Of a DNA stretch of 64,000 bases, positions 18,240-27,413 are shown one piece after another. The notes below the pieces were generated by a model. That model worked only from the letters and a program-made list of their open reading frames with translations, made no database searches and was not told where the DNA came from. Location of the stretch: assembly GCA_016932785.1 (NCBI GenBank), contig JAFGCJ010000002.1:529777-593776 (forward strand), read 5' to 3'. Positions within the stretch are counted from its first letter, which is position 1. The number at the start of each line of letters is the position of its first letter. Source of the DNA: Candidatus Dojkabacteria bacterium. GTDB lineage: Bacteria; Patescibacteriota; Dojkabacteria; SC72; JAFGCJ01. A program made the translations under genes and the position numbers.

Positions 18240-19433
18240 CTAGCTTAGCGTTCCAATACCCTCTGGCATAAATTCTTTCACGTTGTTTTGATCCACCACG
18301 ACCTTTTGTGTCTTACCCTCAACAATACTCCTTGCCGCATGCCTACAAAGAGACGTCAGGTTACGTTCTAACTGCCTAATTCCCGCATCAAAGCCCAAAG
18401 GTCTAACGATCAGGGGCCAGACATCATCCTTTATCTCAATTTGTTCAGGTCTGAGAGCGGTTGCCTCTATTACCCTTGGAAGGAGATATTGCTTGGCTAT
18501 AACAATTTTCTCCTCATCGCTATAACTTGTAAATCTTATAACCTCGAGACGGTCAAGCAAAGCCGCGGACAAAGTCCCAAGATTATTTGCTGTACAAACA
18601 AACATTACATTCGATAAATCAACAGGATAATCAATATAATGATCAATAAAGGTTCTGTTCTGTTCCGGATCAAGAATTTCTAGTAGAGCGGCCATGACAT
18701 CACTCAAAAGGCCCTTCTGTCCACTAACCTTATCGATCTCATCAAGAAGAATCACTGGATTCATTGTCCCCACTCTTACAAGAGCTTTTATAATTTGACC
18801 CGGCTCGGCATCGAGGTACGCCCTGGACTGTCCACGAAGTTGAGTTACACTACCAAGAGCACCAAGAGATATTCTGACAAATTTCCTTCCCAAAGTCTGG
18901 GCAATTGATTTCGCCATTGTAGTTTTACCAACACCCTGGAGACCAACAAAACAAATAATCGGTGCATGGGAAGAAGAACCTTCAAGTTCCGACATATCTA
19001 CGGTATCTCCAGTTGCCAGATTTTGCCCCGGAGTCTTCTCAAGATGAAGTTTCATAACAGCAAGATAGTCTAGTACTAGGTTTTTTACCGACTCCATGCC
19101 GTAATGATTACTGTCCAAGATTTTTCTTGCATCAACAAGATTTACCTTGTCCTCCGTTTTCTTGCTCCAGGGAATACTTGTCGTCCACTCAACATATTTA
19201 TTGATTACCTCAAATTCTCCAGAATAGCTGCCAAATTTGGCCATCCTCCGAAGACGTTCTACCATACGGTTAAGTCTCTCCTTCAATGCTGAAGGTACCG
19301 CCGATCGATTAATTTGCTCTTGTAGAAGTTCTATCTCTTCAATTATCTCGCCAGAGGTCGATACCGGTCTTGAGATATTTCCCGCTTGGAGATTATTCTG
19401 AATAATAGGTTTTTTCTCACTTAGACTGTTCAT
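18240..19433 (-). CDS. Lon-type AAA+ ATPase module without LON N-domain and without S16 protease domain
   Basis: Lon-specific HYGMESVKNLVLDYLAV, Walker A GLQGVGKTT, Walker B ILLDEIDKV and lid GIRQLERNLTSLCRHAA. The protein ends about 25 aa later, and no DGPSAG-type protease motif is present. Confidence 0.75.
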   Translation of the reverse strand: MNSLSEKKPIIQNNLQAGNISRPVSTSGEIIEEIELLQEQINRSAVPSALKERLNRMVERLRRMAKFGSYSGEFEVINKYVEWTTSIPWSKKTEDKVNLVDARKILDSNHYGMESVKNLVLDYLAVMKLHLEKTPGQNLATGDTVDMSELEGSSSHAPIICFVGLQGVGKTTMAKSIAQTLGRKFVRISLGALGSVTQLRGQSRAYLDAEPGQIIKALVRVGTMNPVILLDEIDKVSGQKGLLSDVMAALLEILDPEQNRTFIDHYIDYPVDLSNVMFVCTANNLGTLSAALLDRLEVIRFTSYSDEEKIVIAKQYLLPRVIEATALRPEQIEIKDDVWPLIVRPLGFDAGIRQLERNLTSLCRHAARSIVEGKTQKVVVDQNNVKEFMPEGIGTLS

Positions 19434-19487
19434 TCAGTATAGACAGATTTCTTAATATTCGGTTATTGCAAGCATACTGGTCCCTCA

Positions 19488-21677
19488 CTACTCTTCTGCC
19501 GCTTTCTTCTTATCTTCAACCTTCTTTTTAGCATTTTTCTCCTCGTCAGAGCCAGCCTCCTGTTTGACACCTTTCATAGACATTTTAACACGGCCCTTCT
19601 CATCTATTCCAATTATCTTGGCTTTGACCTCCTGTCCCTCTTTTACAATCTTACGAGGATCCTTAACAAAACCTTCCGCCATCTCAGATATATGAACAAG
19701 ACCGGAAATACTCGGATTAACCTGTACAAAAGCACCAAAATCCTCAATCCTGGTTATCTTTCCTTCATAAACTTTTCCAACTTCCGGTTCCATTACTAAG
19801 CCCTCAACCATCTCTACTGCTTTCTGCCTTTGCTCTTCATCAGAAGATGCTATGCAAACAGTACCATCATCTTTAATCTCGATCTCGGCACCAGTTTCCT
19901 CGATTATCTGCTTGATTATCTTCCCACCAGGACCAATAACATCACCAATCTTCTTAACTGGAATGTTTATAACTTCAATCTTTGGTGCGTATTTCGAAAG
20001 ACTAACTCTTGGCTTACTAATAATTTTTTCCATCTCGTCAATAAGGAACATTCTTGCTTCTTTTGACTGTTCTATAGCCTTCTCGAATATCTCCATAGGT
20101 AGCCCGTTCTTCTTGTTATCCATCTGAACAGCAGTTATTCCATCCCTTGTTCCTGTAACCTTGAAGTCCATATCTCCAAAATGATCCTCGAATTCCGCTA
20201 TATCGGTAAGAATGACATAATTCTTGAAATCATCATCAGTTACAACACCCATAGCAATTCCAGAGACAGGTTTAGATATCGGAACACCCGCATCCATTAA
20301 TGACAGGGTTGAACCACAGGTTGCCGCCATCGAGCTCGAGCCCGACTGCGCCATAATATCGCTTACTACTCTTATCGTATATGGAAAGGTTTCTTCATCA
20401 GGAATTACCGGTATCAAAGCCTTTTCTGCTAATGCTCCATGGCCGACTTCCCTCCTGCCTGGATAAAACCTATATCTTCCGGCCTCTCCCACTGTAAAAT
20501 CAGGGGCATTATAGTGATGCATATATCTCTTTTTGTCTTCACCCTCCATTCCCTCAATTAACTGAGCAAGACGACCAGAACCAAGCGTTGTTACTGTTAA
20601 ACCCTGAGTATCTCCTCTTGTAAACAAAGCAGATCCATGGGCTCGTGGAAGTACACCTACCTCCATGTCCAATGGCCTTATCTCATCGAGTTTTCTGCCA
20701 TCAATTCTCTTCTTATCATCCAACAGCCACCCTCGTACAATTTCCTTTGCGGCATATGAAAAGGCTTCTGAGATAACACTCTTGGTAAACTTACCCTCAT
20801 ATTCCTCAAACAGCTGATCTCGGATCGCATCCATAGCATCATCTTTTTCCTTTCTTTCCGCAATCAAGAGGGCCTTTTCTATTTCCTTATTCTTGTCTTT
20901 CTTAACGCTGGAGATCAAATCCTTCGGAACCGAATAGGATTCATACTCAGTCTTATAAATAGTACCGTGAGAATTTTCGACTTTTTTCATGAATCGGTTC
21001 TGAGCATCGATAAGTTCCTTCGATTTCTCAACGCCAAGTTTCATTGCTTCAATAAACTGTCCTTCGTCAAGCTCATTAGAATCAGAATCTATCATCGTTA
21101 CGACATCACCATCAGTACCCATAACAAGATTCAGCTTGGTCTCATCATAGTTCGTGCTATCATCAACATTTTTTGTATACATACACAATTCATCATCAAC
21201 CATACCAACTCTTACTCCAGCTATAGGTCCAATAAACGGAGTATCAGAAATCATCAAAGCTGCAGACACAGCTGCAAAGCCAATTAATACTGGATCATTT
21301 TCAGGATCATAGCTTAAAACTGTAAGAATAATCTGTACAGTATCTCTATATCCATCAGGAAACCTACTCCTAACGGATCTATCTATCATCCTCGCGGCAA
21401 GAGTCGCACCAGTAGAAGGATGACCTTCTCTTTTAATAAATCTTGACGATGAAATAACACCTCCAGCGTACATCCTCTCAATATATTCAACCTGAAGAGG
21501 AAAGTAATCGGCACCTTCCATAGGATCAGAGTGACAAACCGTTGCAAGAACAACCGTATCCCCCATTTTTCCAACTACTGAAGAAGTAGCTCTTTGAGCA
21601 TACTTCCCCGTGCCTAGTGAGCACTTAATACCATCGAATTCAAACTCTTCTACTACCTCGTTAAATTCTTTTTTCAT
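19488..21677 (-). CDS. pnp: polynucleotide phosphorylase
   Basis: 729 aa with two RNase PH domains, a KH domain (IGPGGKIIKQIIEETGAEIEI) and an S1 domain (GKVYEGKITRIEDFGAFVQV). Confidence 0.95.
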   Translation of the reverse strand: MKKEFNEVVEEFEFDGIKCSLGTGKYAQRATSSVVGKMGDTVVLATVCHSDPMEGADYFPLQVEYIERMYAGGVISSSRFIKREGHPSTGATLAARMIDRSVRSRFPDGYRDTVQIILTVLSYDPENDPVLIGFAAVSAALMISDTPFIGPIAGVRVGMVDDELCMYTKNVDDSTNYDETKLNLVMGTDGDVVTMIDSDSNELDEGQFIEAMKLGVEKSKELIDAQNRFMKKVENSHGTIYKTEYESYSVPKDLISSVKKDKNKEIEKALLIAERKEKDDAMDAIRDQLFEEYEGKFTKSVISEAFSYAAKEIVRGWLLDDKKRIDGRKLDEIRPLDMEVGVLPRAHGSALFTRGDTQGLTVTTLGSGRLAQLIEGMEGEDKKRYMHHYNAPDFTVGEAGRYRFYPGRREVGHGALAEKALIPVIPDEETFPYTIRVVSDIMAQSGSSSMAATCGSTLSLMDAGVPISKPVSGIAMGVVTDDDFKNYVILTDIAEFEDHFGDMDFKVTGTRDGITAVQMDNKKNGLPMEIFEKAIEQSKEARMFLIDEMEKIISKPRVSLSKYAPKIEVINIPVKKIGDVIGPGGKIIKQIIEETGAEIEIKDDGTVCIASSDEEQRQKAVEMVEGLVMEPEVGKVYEGKITRIEDFGAFVQVNPSISGLVHISEMAEGFVKDPRKIVKEGQEVKAKIIGIDEKGRVKMSMKGVKQEAGSDEEKNAKKKVEDKKKAAEE

Positions 21678-21783
21678 AAATAAATGTATCGTTATAAATT
21701 AACAAGTGCACCAAAAAAGCACACTAACATAATCACTACCTGCGGTAGCTAGAAGGGATTGTACAACCAGGCGTAAAATTTTG

Positions 21784-22053
21784 CTACTTATCTATCTTTA
21801 AATCCTTAAGAAGCTTCTCGTAACGATCAGAATCTTTGCGCTTAAGGTATTCAAGCAAACGCCGTCTTTTACCAACCATCTTGATTAAACCACGACGTGA
21901 ATGATTATCTTTTTTGTGGCCTTTCAAGTGTTCTCCAAGCTTGTTTATCCTCTCAGTAAGTAATGCAACCTGAACTTCAGGTGATCCAGTATCACCTTCA
22001 TGTGAGGCAAATTTCTTCATTATTTTCTTTTTCTCACCAACCGTTAGTGTCAT
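21784..22053 (-). CDS. rpsO: 30S ribosomal protein S15
   Basis: 89 aa with [37 protein letters not shown]. Confidence 0.95.
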   Translation of the reverse strand: MTLTVGEKKKIMKKFASHEGDTGSPEVQVALLTERINKLGEHLKGHKKDNHSRRGLIKMVGKRRRLLEYLKRKDSDRYEKLLKDLKIDK

Positions 22054-22093
22054 AATATCAATTTATCACACAAAGTAATTACACGCAACTCAC

Positions 22094-23422
22094 TTATGAG
22101 GGAGTGATTGGCGGAGGAGTAACTAAAACAGAGCCCTCTGGCTCGTCTTCTTCGTCTCCATTTTCTGGATTTCGAGTATTATTACCGTTTTCGTCATCTT
22201 CTGTCAACACCTGTTCCTCTCCTTCTAGGGTAATGCCAGAAGAAGCATCCGAAGCACCTGTAACCGGAGCAAACCCTGATACACCAAGGGTTTCCTTTAA
22301 CAACTTAAGAATCTCCTGTTCCACCTCGAGCATACTTTTACCACTTACAGTGAAGAACACCCTAGATGCATTTCCCGACGGACTATAGGACGACATAATA
22401 TTCCTAGCATTATATTTATCCAAGTTCGACTCGAACTCAACCCAAACTTCGTTATCCGCAACTTCATACATTACAAAAGCGAGATCAAAAGAATTGCTTA
22501 TATTGAAAATTATCCTGCCATCAAGTACAAAAGAATCCCTATCTATTCCTGATCTATTGATATCAAAAAGAGAAACGCCGGACCAGGCGAGCTTGCTGTC
22601 TTTATCATACTTCATATTAACCATGGCTTTTCTTGTTATTTCAAAATTTCCAATATCACGACTGAAATAAAGATTTTGGATAGCATCTTTAAGATCAGCC
22701 CCAGCCTTAACCAAAGTCATCAATGTCTCAACAGAAGAAATCTTAAAGTCTCCCCGCTGGAACAGTTGAAAATGATCAACAACACCTTTTATCAGAAGAT
22801 CCATAATTTTAGTTGAAGAAAGGGTGGATTTTGCATTCAACAGACCATAGACTATCTCGCAAACAGAGATTTCTGTATCGACAAGCCTAATCTCACCAAA
22901 TTCCTGTGCTCCCTTTAGATTATTTATATTGACTAATGTGTTTTTATCAAAAACTTCTTTATTATTTTTATAAAGATCTCGCAACCACCTCAATGATCTT
23001 GCCCCAAAAACAAAAACCAGATCGAAGCTGGTTCCGCCATAGGAGTAAGATACATCATCAAAGTCAAAACCTTTGACTCCATCTGTTGGAGTTATATACA
23101 GATTGAACTTACCATCCTTGTCATCGTAACTAACCTTCTCAATTTCCCCACCAGAATGATCTATCGAAATAACATAGTTTAGAGGCTCAAGTGCATTCTT
23201 GTAATCGACCTCAGCATCTTTAAACAATTTTTCATGCTTTGCGCTAAGCTTCCCATTGACACAAATAAGGGCATTCTTATTCATATCCCTAAGGTAAAAA
23301 ACAAATGAAAGTGCAGCTAAATGAGTATCTAGTGAAGACCTGTTATTAATACAAACAAGAATTTTCTTAGCTCCTCTTATTTTTTCCCCTATTTTGCTGT
23401 AGTCCTCTGACGATATAGCCAT
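22094..23422 (-). CDS. DHH/NrnA-like protein with degenerate catalytic motifs and acidic tail
   Basis: It occupies the position between infB and rpsO. ILVCINNRSSLDTHLAAL replaces the usual H-x-x-PDGD motif, ISIDHSGG replaces DHH, and there is no GGGH. The C-terminus is EDDENGNNTRNPENGDEEDEPEG. Confidence 0.5.
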   Translation of the reverse strand: MAISSEDYSKIGEKIRGAKKILVCINNRSSLDTHLAALSFVFYLRDMNKNALICVNGKLSAKHEKLFKDAEVDYKNALEPLNYVISIDHSGGEIEKVSYDDKDGKFNLYITPTDGVKGFDFDDVSYSYGGTSFDLVFVFGARSLRWLRDLYKNNKEVFDKNTLVNINNLKGAQEFGEIRLVDTEISVCEIVYGLLNAKSTLSSTKIMDLLIKGVVDHFQLFQRGDFKISSVETLMTLVKAGADLKDAIQNLYFSRDIGNFEITRKAMVNMKYDKDSKLAWSGVSLFDINRSGIDRDSFVLDGRIIFNISNSFDLAFVMYEVADNEVWVEFESNLDKYNARNIMSSYSPSGNASRVFFTVSGKSMLEVEQEILKLLKETLGVSGFAPVTGASDASSGITLEGEEQVLTEDDENGNNTRNPENGDEEDEPEGSVLVTPPPITPS

Positions 23423-23464
23423 AGAAAATGGTTAACCTATAATAAAACAATTATACGATAGGAA

Positions 23465-25066
23465 TCAGGATTTTACAATCCTATAGCACTGGACAACATC
23501 GCCATCTTTTATATCCCCTTTTCCGTCGATTATTACACCGCACTCTGATCCAGACTTTACGGAAGTAACCTTATCTTTGCCCACACGCATAGAGTTAATC
23601 TGACCTTCGACCACGACCTCATCATCACGACTTATTCTGCATTTGAGACCGTGCTTTATTTCGCCGGACTCTACCTTTGTACCAACGACCACTGTACCAT
23701 CAGACAGAACAAACACCTGCTTAACTTTACCCTTTCCAACAATTTCTTCTTTCTCCTCCGGCTCCTGAATAGCTTCAGCTGCATCATCTATCTCATCAAT
23801 CAGGTTGTATATCAGATCATATGTCCTGACAAGAACCTTATTCTTCTGACCATACTCACCGGCTACACAATCAACTTCAACAGAAAATCCTATAACAATA
23901 GCCTTCATTGTGTGAGCATATTCGACGTCACCCAGCACAATATTTCCCACCCCAGATCTAATAACCTTTACAATTTCACCATCTTCATTAAGCTGATCGA
24001 GAGACTTCAACACCGCCCGCAGAGACCCTTCAGACTGTGCTTTTACAACAACTTTCAATATCTTCTTTTCTTCGTCTATTTCTGTTTTTCCACTAAGTAA
24101 CATCGAAAGAAGATTCTCATCGGCCTTTTCATCATCTTCTTCTCCTTCTTCATCGGCTGGCACTGGCTCTTCTTCTTTCTTTTCTTCCTTACTTTCAACC
24201 GGTTCTTCCTGAAATAGTTTCTCAAAATCCCCCTTAGAATCCGCAACTATATACATTCTCTGGCCCAGATTAAGAATCTCGCACAGTCCTAACAGGTTTG
24301 CCGAATATCCTTGATCAACCTCATTAATTCTTGTACCAGAATTATCAATAAAGCCCTTTATTTTCTCAACTAGGATCTTCCCTCTATATTTGAATACCAC
24401 AAAGTCGCCAGTTCTAGCTTTTCCAGAGGTCAAAATAAGTGTAGAAACGTTGCCTCTGCTTTTATGTTTTACTGATTCCAAGACATAAGCCTCTCCCAGC
24501 AAACCTTCAGGCGGATTCTTTGGTCCAACCTCATTTACTTCGGCAACAAGAAGTATCATATCAAGAAGATCCTCGATCCCTTTTCCCGTCTTTCCCGAAA
24601 CCTCGACACATGGCACGTCTCCACCAGATGATTCAACAACAATTCCCTCTGTAGCAAGATCTCGTTTTACTTTCTCTTTATCAACACCTGCTATGTCAAT
24701 CTTGTTGAGGACAACAATGACAGGTCTTTTGGTTCTTTTTATTATTTCTATTGATTCCTTTGTTTGTGGCTTCACTCCGTCATTGACAGCTACAACAAGA
24801 AGGACAATGTCGGCAACCTCACCACCCCTTGATCTCATAAGATCAAAAGCTTCATGACCAGGAGTGTCAATGAATGTTATATCTTTACCATTAACATCCA
24901 CCGACCAACCGGTAATACCCTGCGTAATCCCTCCTACCTCTTTCTCCTGTACTGAAGTTTTACGTATCTTATCAAGAATAGTCGTCTTCCCATGATCAAC
25001 ATGACCCAGGAAGGCAACAACAGGAGGTCTATATTCTACTTTACTTGTTTTTTTCTTAGCTGCCAT
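23465..25066 (-). CDS. infB: translation initiation factor IF-2 (short form)
   Basis: 533 aa with VAFLGHVDHGKTTILDKIR, DTPGHEAF and NKID. There is no long N-terminal extension, but there is an acidic insertion (EEKKEEEPVPADEEGEEDDEKADE). Confidence 0.9.
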   Translation of the reverse strand: MAAKKKTSKVEYRPPVVAFLGHVDHGKTTILDKIRKTSVQEKEVGGITQGITGWSVDVNGKDITFIDTPGHEAFDLMRSRGGEVADIVLLVVAVNDGVKPQTKESIEIIKRTKRPVIVVLNKIDIAGVDKEKVKRDLATEGIVVESSGGDVPCVEVSGKTGKGIEDLLDMILLVAEVNEVGPKNPPEGLLGEAYVLESVKHKSRGNVSTLILTSGKARTGDFVVFKYRGKILVEKIKGFIDNSGTRINEVDQGYSANLLGLCEILNLGQRMYIVADSKGDFEKLFQEEPVESKEEKKEEEPVPADEEGEEDDEKADENLLSMLLSGKTEIDEEKKILKVVVKAQSEGSLRAVLKSLDQLNEDGEIVKVIRSGVGNIVLGDVEYAHTMKAIVIGFSVEVDCVAGEYGQKNKVLVRTYDLIYNLIDEIDDAAEAIQEPEEKEEIVGKGKVKQVFVLSDGTVVVGTKVESGEIKHGLKCRISRDDEVVVEGQINSMRVGKDKVTSVKSGSECGVIIDGKGDIKDGDVVQCYRIVKS

Positions 25067-25073
25067 TTCCCTT

Positions 25074-25463
25074 TTATTTATCTAATTTTCTAGTAAGATT
25101 CTTGCCGACTGCACCTTCAACTTCACTTGCTTTTACTCTGTAAACCAAAGATTTTGCACCTTTTCTAAATTTTCTCTTCTCTAAACAAGCAACAAAGTCT
25201 CTTTTTAAACTTTCGAGATCCTCCTCCTTAAATCCTGTTTTCCAGACACGATTAAAAGCTCCCTTCTCAATTGCCGCAATTAAACATTCCTTTGTAGGAC
25301 AAAGATTTGCTCCTCTCCCTCCAAGTCTTCCCTCACAATCTACTACTGGCTTTCCATCCTGCAGGGTACAGCGAATAAGATCTGTCTTGGGCTTAACCTT
25401 CCTACAAGCTATACACGTTCTATTTGGCGTCTTCCTTTTCTTTTGCTGCTTTTTCTTTGTCAT
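25074..25463 (-). CDS. ylxR: YlxR/RnpM-family (DUF448) RNA-binding protein
   Basis: RTCIACRKVKPKTDLIRC...GRGANLC is the DUF448 signature. The start is taken at Met 25463 (MTKKKQQ). The track ORF extends to 25550, inside the nusA tail. Confidence 0.75.
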   Translation of the reverse strand: MTKKKQQKKRKTPNRTCIACRKVKPKTDLIRCTLQDGKPVVDCEGRLGGRGANLCPTKECLIAAIEKGAFNRVWKTGFKEEDLESLKRDFVACLEKRKFRKGAKSLVYRVKASEVEGAVGKNLTRKLDK

Positions 25464-26892
25464 CTTTATCAGTTTTTTTATCAGACTTTTCGTCCTGTTC
25501 CTCCGGCTGCTTCTCTGTTTCTTGAGCTTTTTCTTCTTCACCTGACGCATCTGATTTTGGCTCTTCAGCTACCGTTTTCTCTTCGGCTGCGGTCTTCTCT
25601 TCACCGGCTGCAGATTTTTCTTCTTTAGATTCCGTTTTTTTCTCTTTGTTATCACTATCCTTAGTTGCTTTTTCATTCTTCTCTTCAGACGCAGTTTTAT
25701 AGGAGTTTATCTCTTCCAACGCAGATTTTCCTATACCCTTAACATCCAAAATCTCTTCTTCACTCATCTTCAAAAGATCTTTTGTAGATAGTCCTGCTTT
25801 TTCTATAGCATTAGTAACTCTGGTAGAAAGCTCCACTTTACCGGAAGACTGTTTTCCAGCACCCTCTCCAGCTTCAAGACTTGGAGATGTTATATCTATC
25901 TTTAACTCTGTAAGCTTTGCTGCCAGACGAACATTCTGCCCATCCTTGCCAATTGCAAGTGATAGCTGATCATCAGTTACATTAACTTTTGCAACACCAT
26001 CCTCTACCTTAACAGCTTCTACTTGTGCAGGTCCAAGAGCATTTGCTACAAACTGCTCAATATCTTCATCCCATTCTATAATGTCTATTTTCTCCTCACC
26101 AAGCTCAGACATAACATTAGCGATACGGACCCCCTTCTGACCAACACACGAACCTATGGGATCGATACCTTCTTGATGAGAAACAACAGCGAGCTTGCTT
26201 CTGGATCCAGCCTCCCGCGCGCATGCCTTAACTTCAACAATTCCCGACTCAATTTCCGGAACTTCCAATTTAAAAAGCTCTATCAGAAACTCAGGTGCAG
26301 ACCTTGTAACAACAAGATCCTGCTCGTTCTTTATCTCTTTTAAATAAAACTTATACCGCTCCCCAATCTTGTAAAATTCATTTGGTATTTGCTCCTCCGG
26401 AGGCATTTGTGCTATGGCTTTTCCGATCTCTACCACCGCGGTAGGTCCCATCATTCTCTGAACCAGACCCGTAACAACAGTCCCCATTCTTTCCTTAAAT
26501 TCACTCATAACGGCGTTCTTCTCAGATTCACGAACTTTTTGAAGTATTACCTGTTTCGCTGTTTGAGCTGCGATTCTTCCAAATCCCTCTATGGGCATCT
26601 CAATCTCTACATGATCACCTTCGGAAAGGTTTGGTTCAATTTTCTTAGCATCTTTAAGCGAAATCTGAGTGTCCTCTTCCGTGACCTTCTTAACAACCTT
26701 CTTGTCAGCAACAATATGCACTTCACCGGTTGCCCGGTCTATCTCTGCCTTAAGAGATTCACCACCACCATAGTCTTTTTTGTATGCAGCAAGAACAGCT
26801 GCTTCAAGAGCTACAAAAACCTCCTCAGGATCTATCCCTCTCTCGGAGCATATCTGATTTATAGCTGCCATAAATTCTGATACTTCTGCCAT
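25420..26892 (-). CDS. nusA: transcription termination/antitermination factor NusA with Lys/Glu-rich C-terminal tail
   Basis: 490 aa with an N-terminal domain, an S1 domain, two KH domains (CVGQKGVRIANVMSELGEEKIDII, AIGKDGQNVRLAAKLT), an HhH-like AR segment, and then a low-complexity KE tail. Confidence 0.92.
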   Translation of the reverse strand: MAEVSEFMAAINQICSERGIDPEEVFVALEAAVLAAYKKDYGGGESLKAEIDRATGEVHIVADKKVVKKVTEEDTQISLKDAKKIEPNLSEGDHVEIEMPIEGFGRIAAQTAKQVILQKVRESEKNAVMSEFKERMGTVVTGLVQRMMGPTAVVEIGKAIAQMPPEEQIPNEFYKIGERYKFYLKEIKNEQDLVVTRSAPEFLIELFKLEVPEIESGIVEVKACAREAGSRSKLAVVSHQEGIDPIGSCVGQKGVRIANVMSELGEEKIDIIEWDEDIEQFVANALGPAQVEAVKVEDGVAKVNVTDDQLSLAIGKDGQNVRLAAKLTELKIDITSPSLEAGEGAGKQSSGKVELSTRVTNAIEKAGLSTKDLLKMSEEEILDVKGIGKSALEEINSYKTASEEKNEKATKDSDNKEKKTESKEEKSAAGEEKTAAEEKTVAEEPKSDASGEEEKAQETEKQPEEQDEKSDKKTDKDDKEKAAKEKEDAK

Positions 26893-26901
26893 CGTGACAG
26901 T

Positions 26902-26930
26902 ATTATAAATTTAGTTACATACAAAGGCAA
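26902..26930 (-). promoter_or_regulatory. sigma-70-type promoter of the nusA block (-35 TTGCCT, 17-nt spacer, -10 TATAAT), only 9 nt before the ATG
   Basis: On the minus strand, TTGCCT (26930-26925), 17 nt, TATAAT (26907-26902), actgtcacg, ATG (26892). Confidence 0.5.
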
Positions 26931-26993
26931 TGAAGGTATCTTATTTATCTGACCTTTCTACCAACATACATTGCAAAGATCTGAAGGCCAAAT

Positions 26994-27020
26994 AAAAAAG
27001 GGATCCCTAAATCCCTTTTC
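26994..27020 (-). terminator. Rho-independent (potentially bidirectional) terminator
   Basis: aaaagggat (26996-27004), loop ccctaa, atccctttt (27011-27019). This is a 9-bp stem flanked by an A-tract and a T-tract. It lies downstream of the 27110..27295 gene and upstream of the nusA promoter. Confidence 0.65.
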
Positions 27021-27109
27021 TAAATACAAGTTACCTTGCAACAATTATAGCACAAAAAGATCACAGCCAACAGGACGGAGAAATAATTCTATATCGCCCT
27101 GTTGGCTGA

Positions 27110-27295
27110 TCACAGGCCCGTGAAGTCGATAATGCTGATAATACACGAGCCTACTGATGCGGCAATGAGGATAACAATGATAAACAAAATCAAAAAACCT
27201 CCCCATTCGCCTTCCTTGAAGGCCCCAGCTAGACCTTGGAACAACACCCCAAGGATCTCAAACGGAGCCTTTAAAACTCCCCACAATATTTTCAT
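27110..27295 (-). CDS. 61-aa small membrane protein
   Basis: A strong Shine-Dalgarno sequence AAAGGAGG lies 5 nt upstream of the ATG. There is one clear TM helix (GGFLILFIIVILIAASVGSCIISII). The overlapping plus-strand ORF starts with TTG and lacks an RBS. Confidence 0.6.
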   Translation of the reverse strand: MKILWGVLKAPFEILGVLFQGLAGAFKEGEWGGFLILFIIVILIAASVGSCIISIIDFTGL

Positions 27296-27413
27296 TTTTT
27301 CCTCCTTTGTGGGATAATTTTCAGCACAATTATACTATGGGACAGAAGAATATTCTACAGCCTGGAAAAGAAAAAGATTATCGTTGAAAAATGTAACTTC
27401 AACATTACTCCAG

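Noticed and set aside
25464-25550. N-terminal 29-codon extension of the YlxR ORF (MRQVKKKKLKKQRSSRRNRTK...)
   Set aside because: It lies entirely inside the Lys/Glu-rich tail-coding region of nusA in another frame. The DUF448 domain begins after the internal Met at 25463. The extension is probably an artefact of the A-rich sequence.
27102-27317. Plus-strand 71-aa ORF overlapping the 61-aa minus-strand gene
   Set aside because: It starts with TTG and has no RBS, and its translation is not membrane-like. The minus-strand ORF has a perfect AAAGGAGG-N5-ATG and a clean TM helix.
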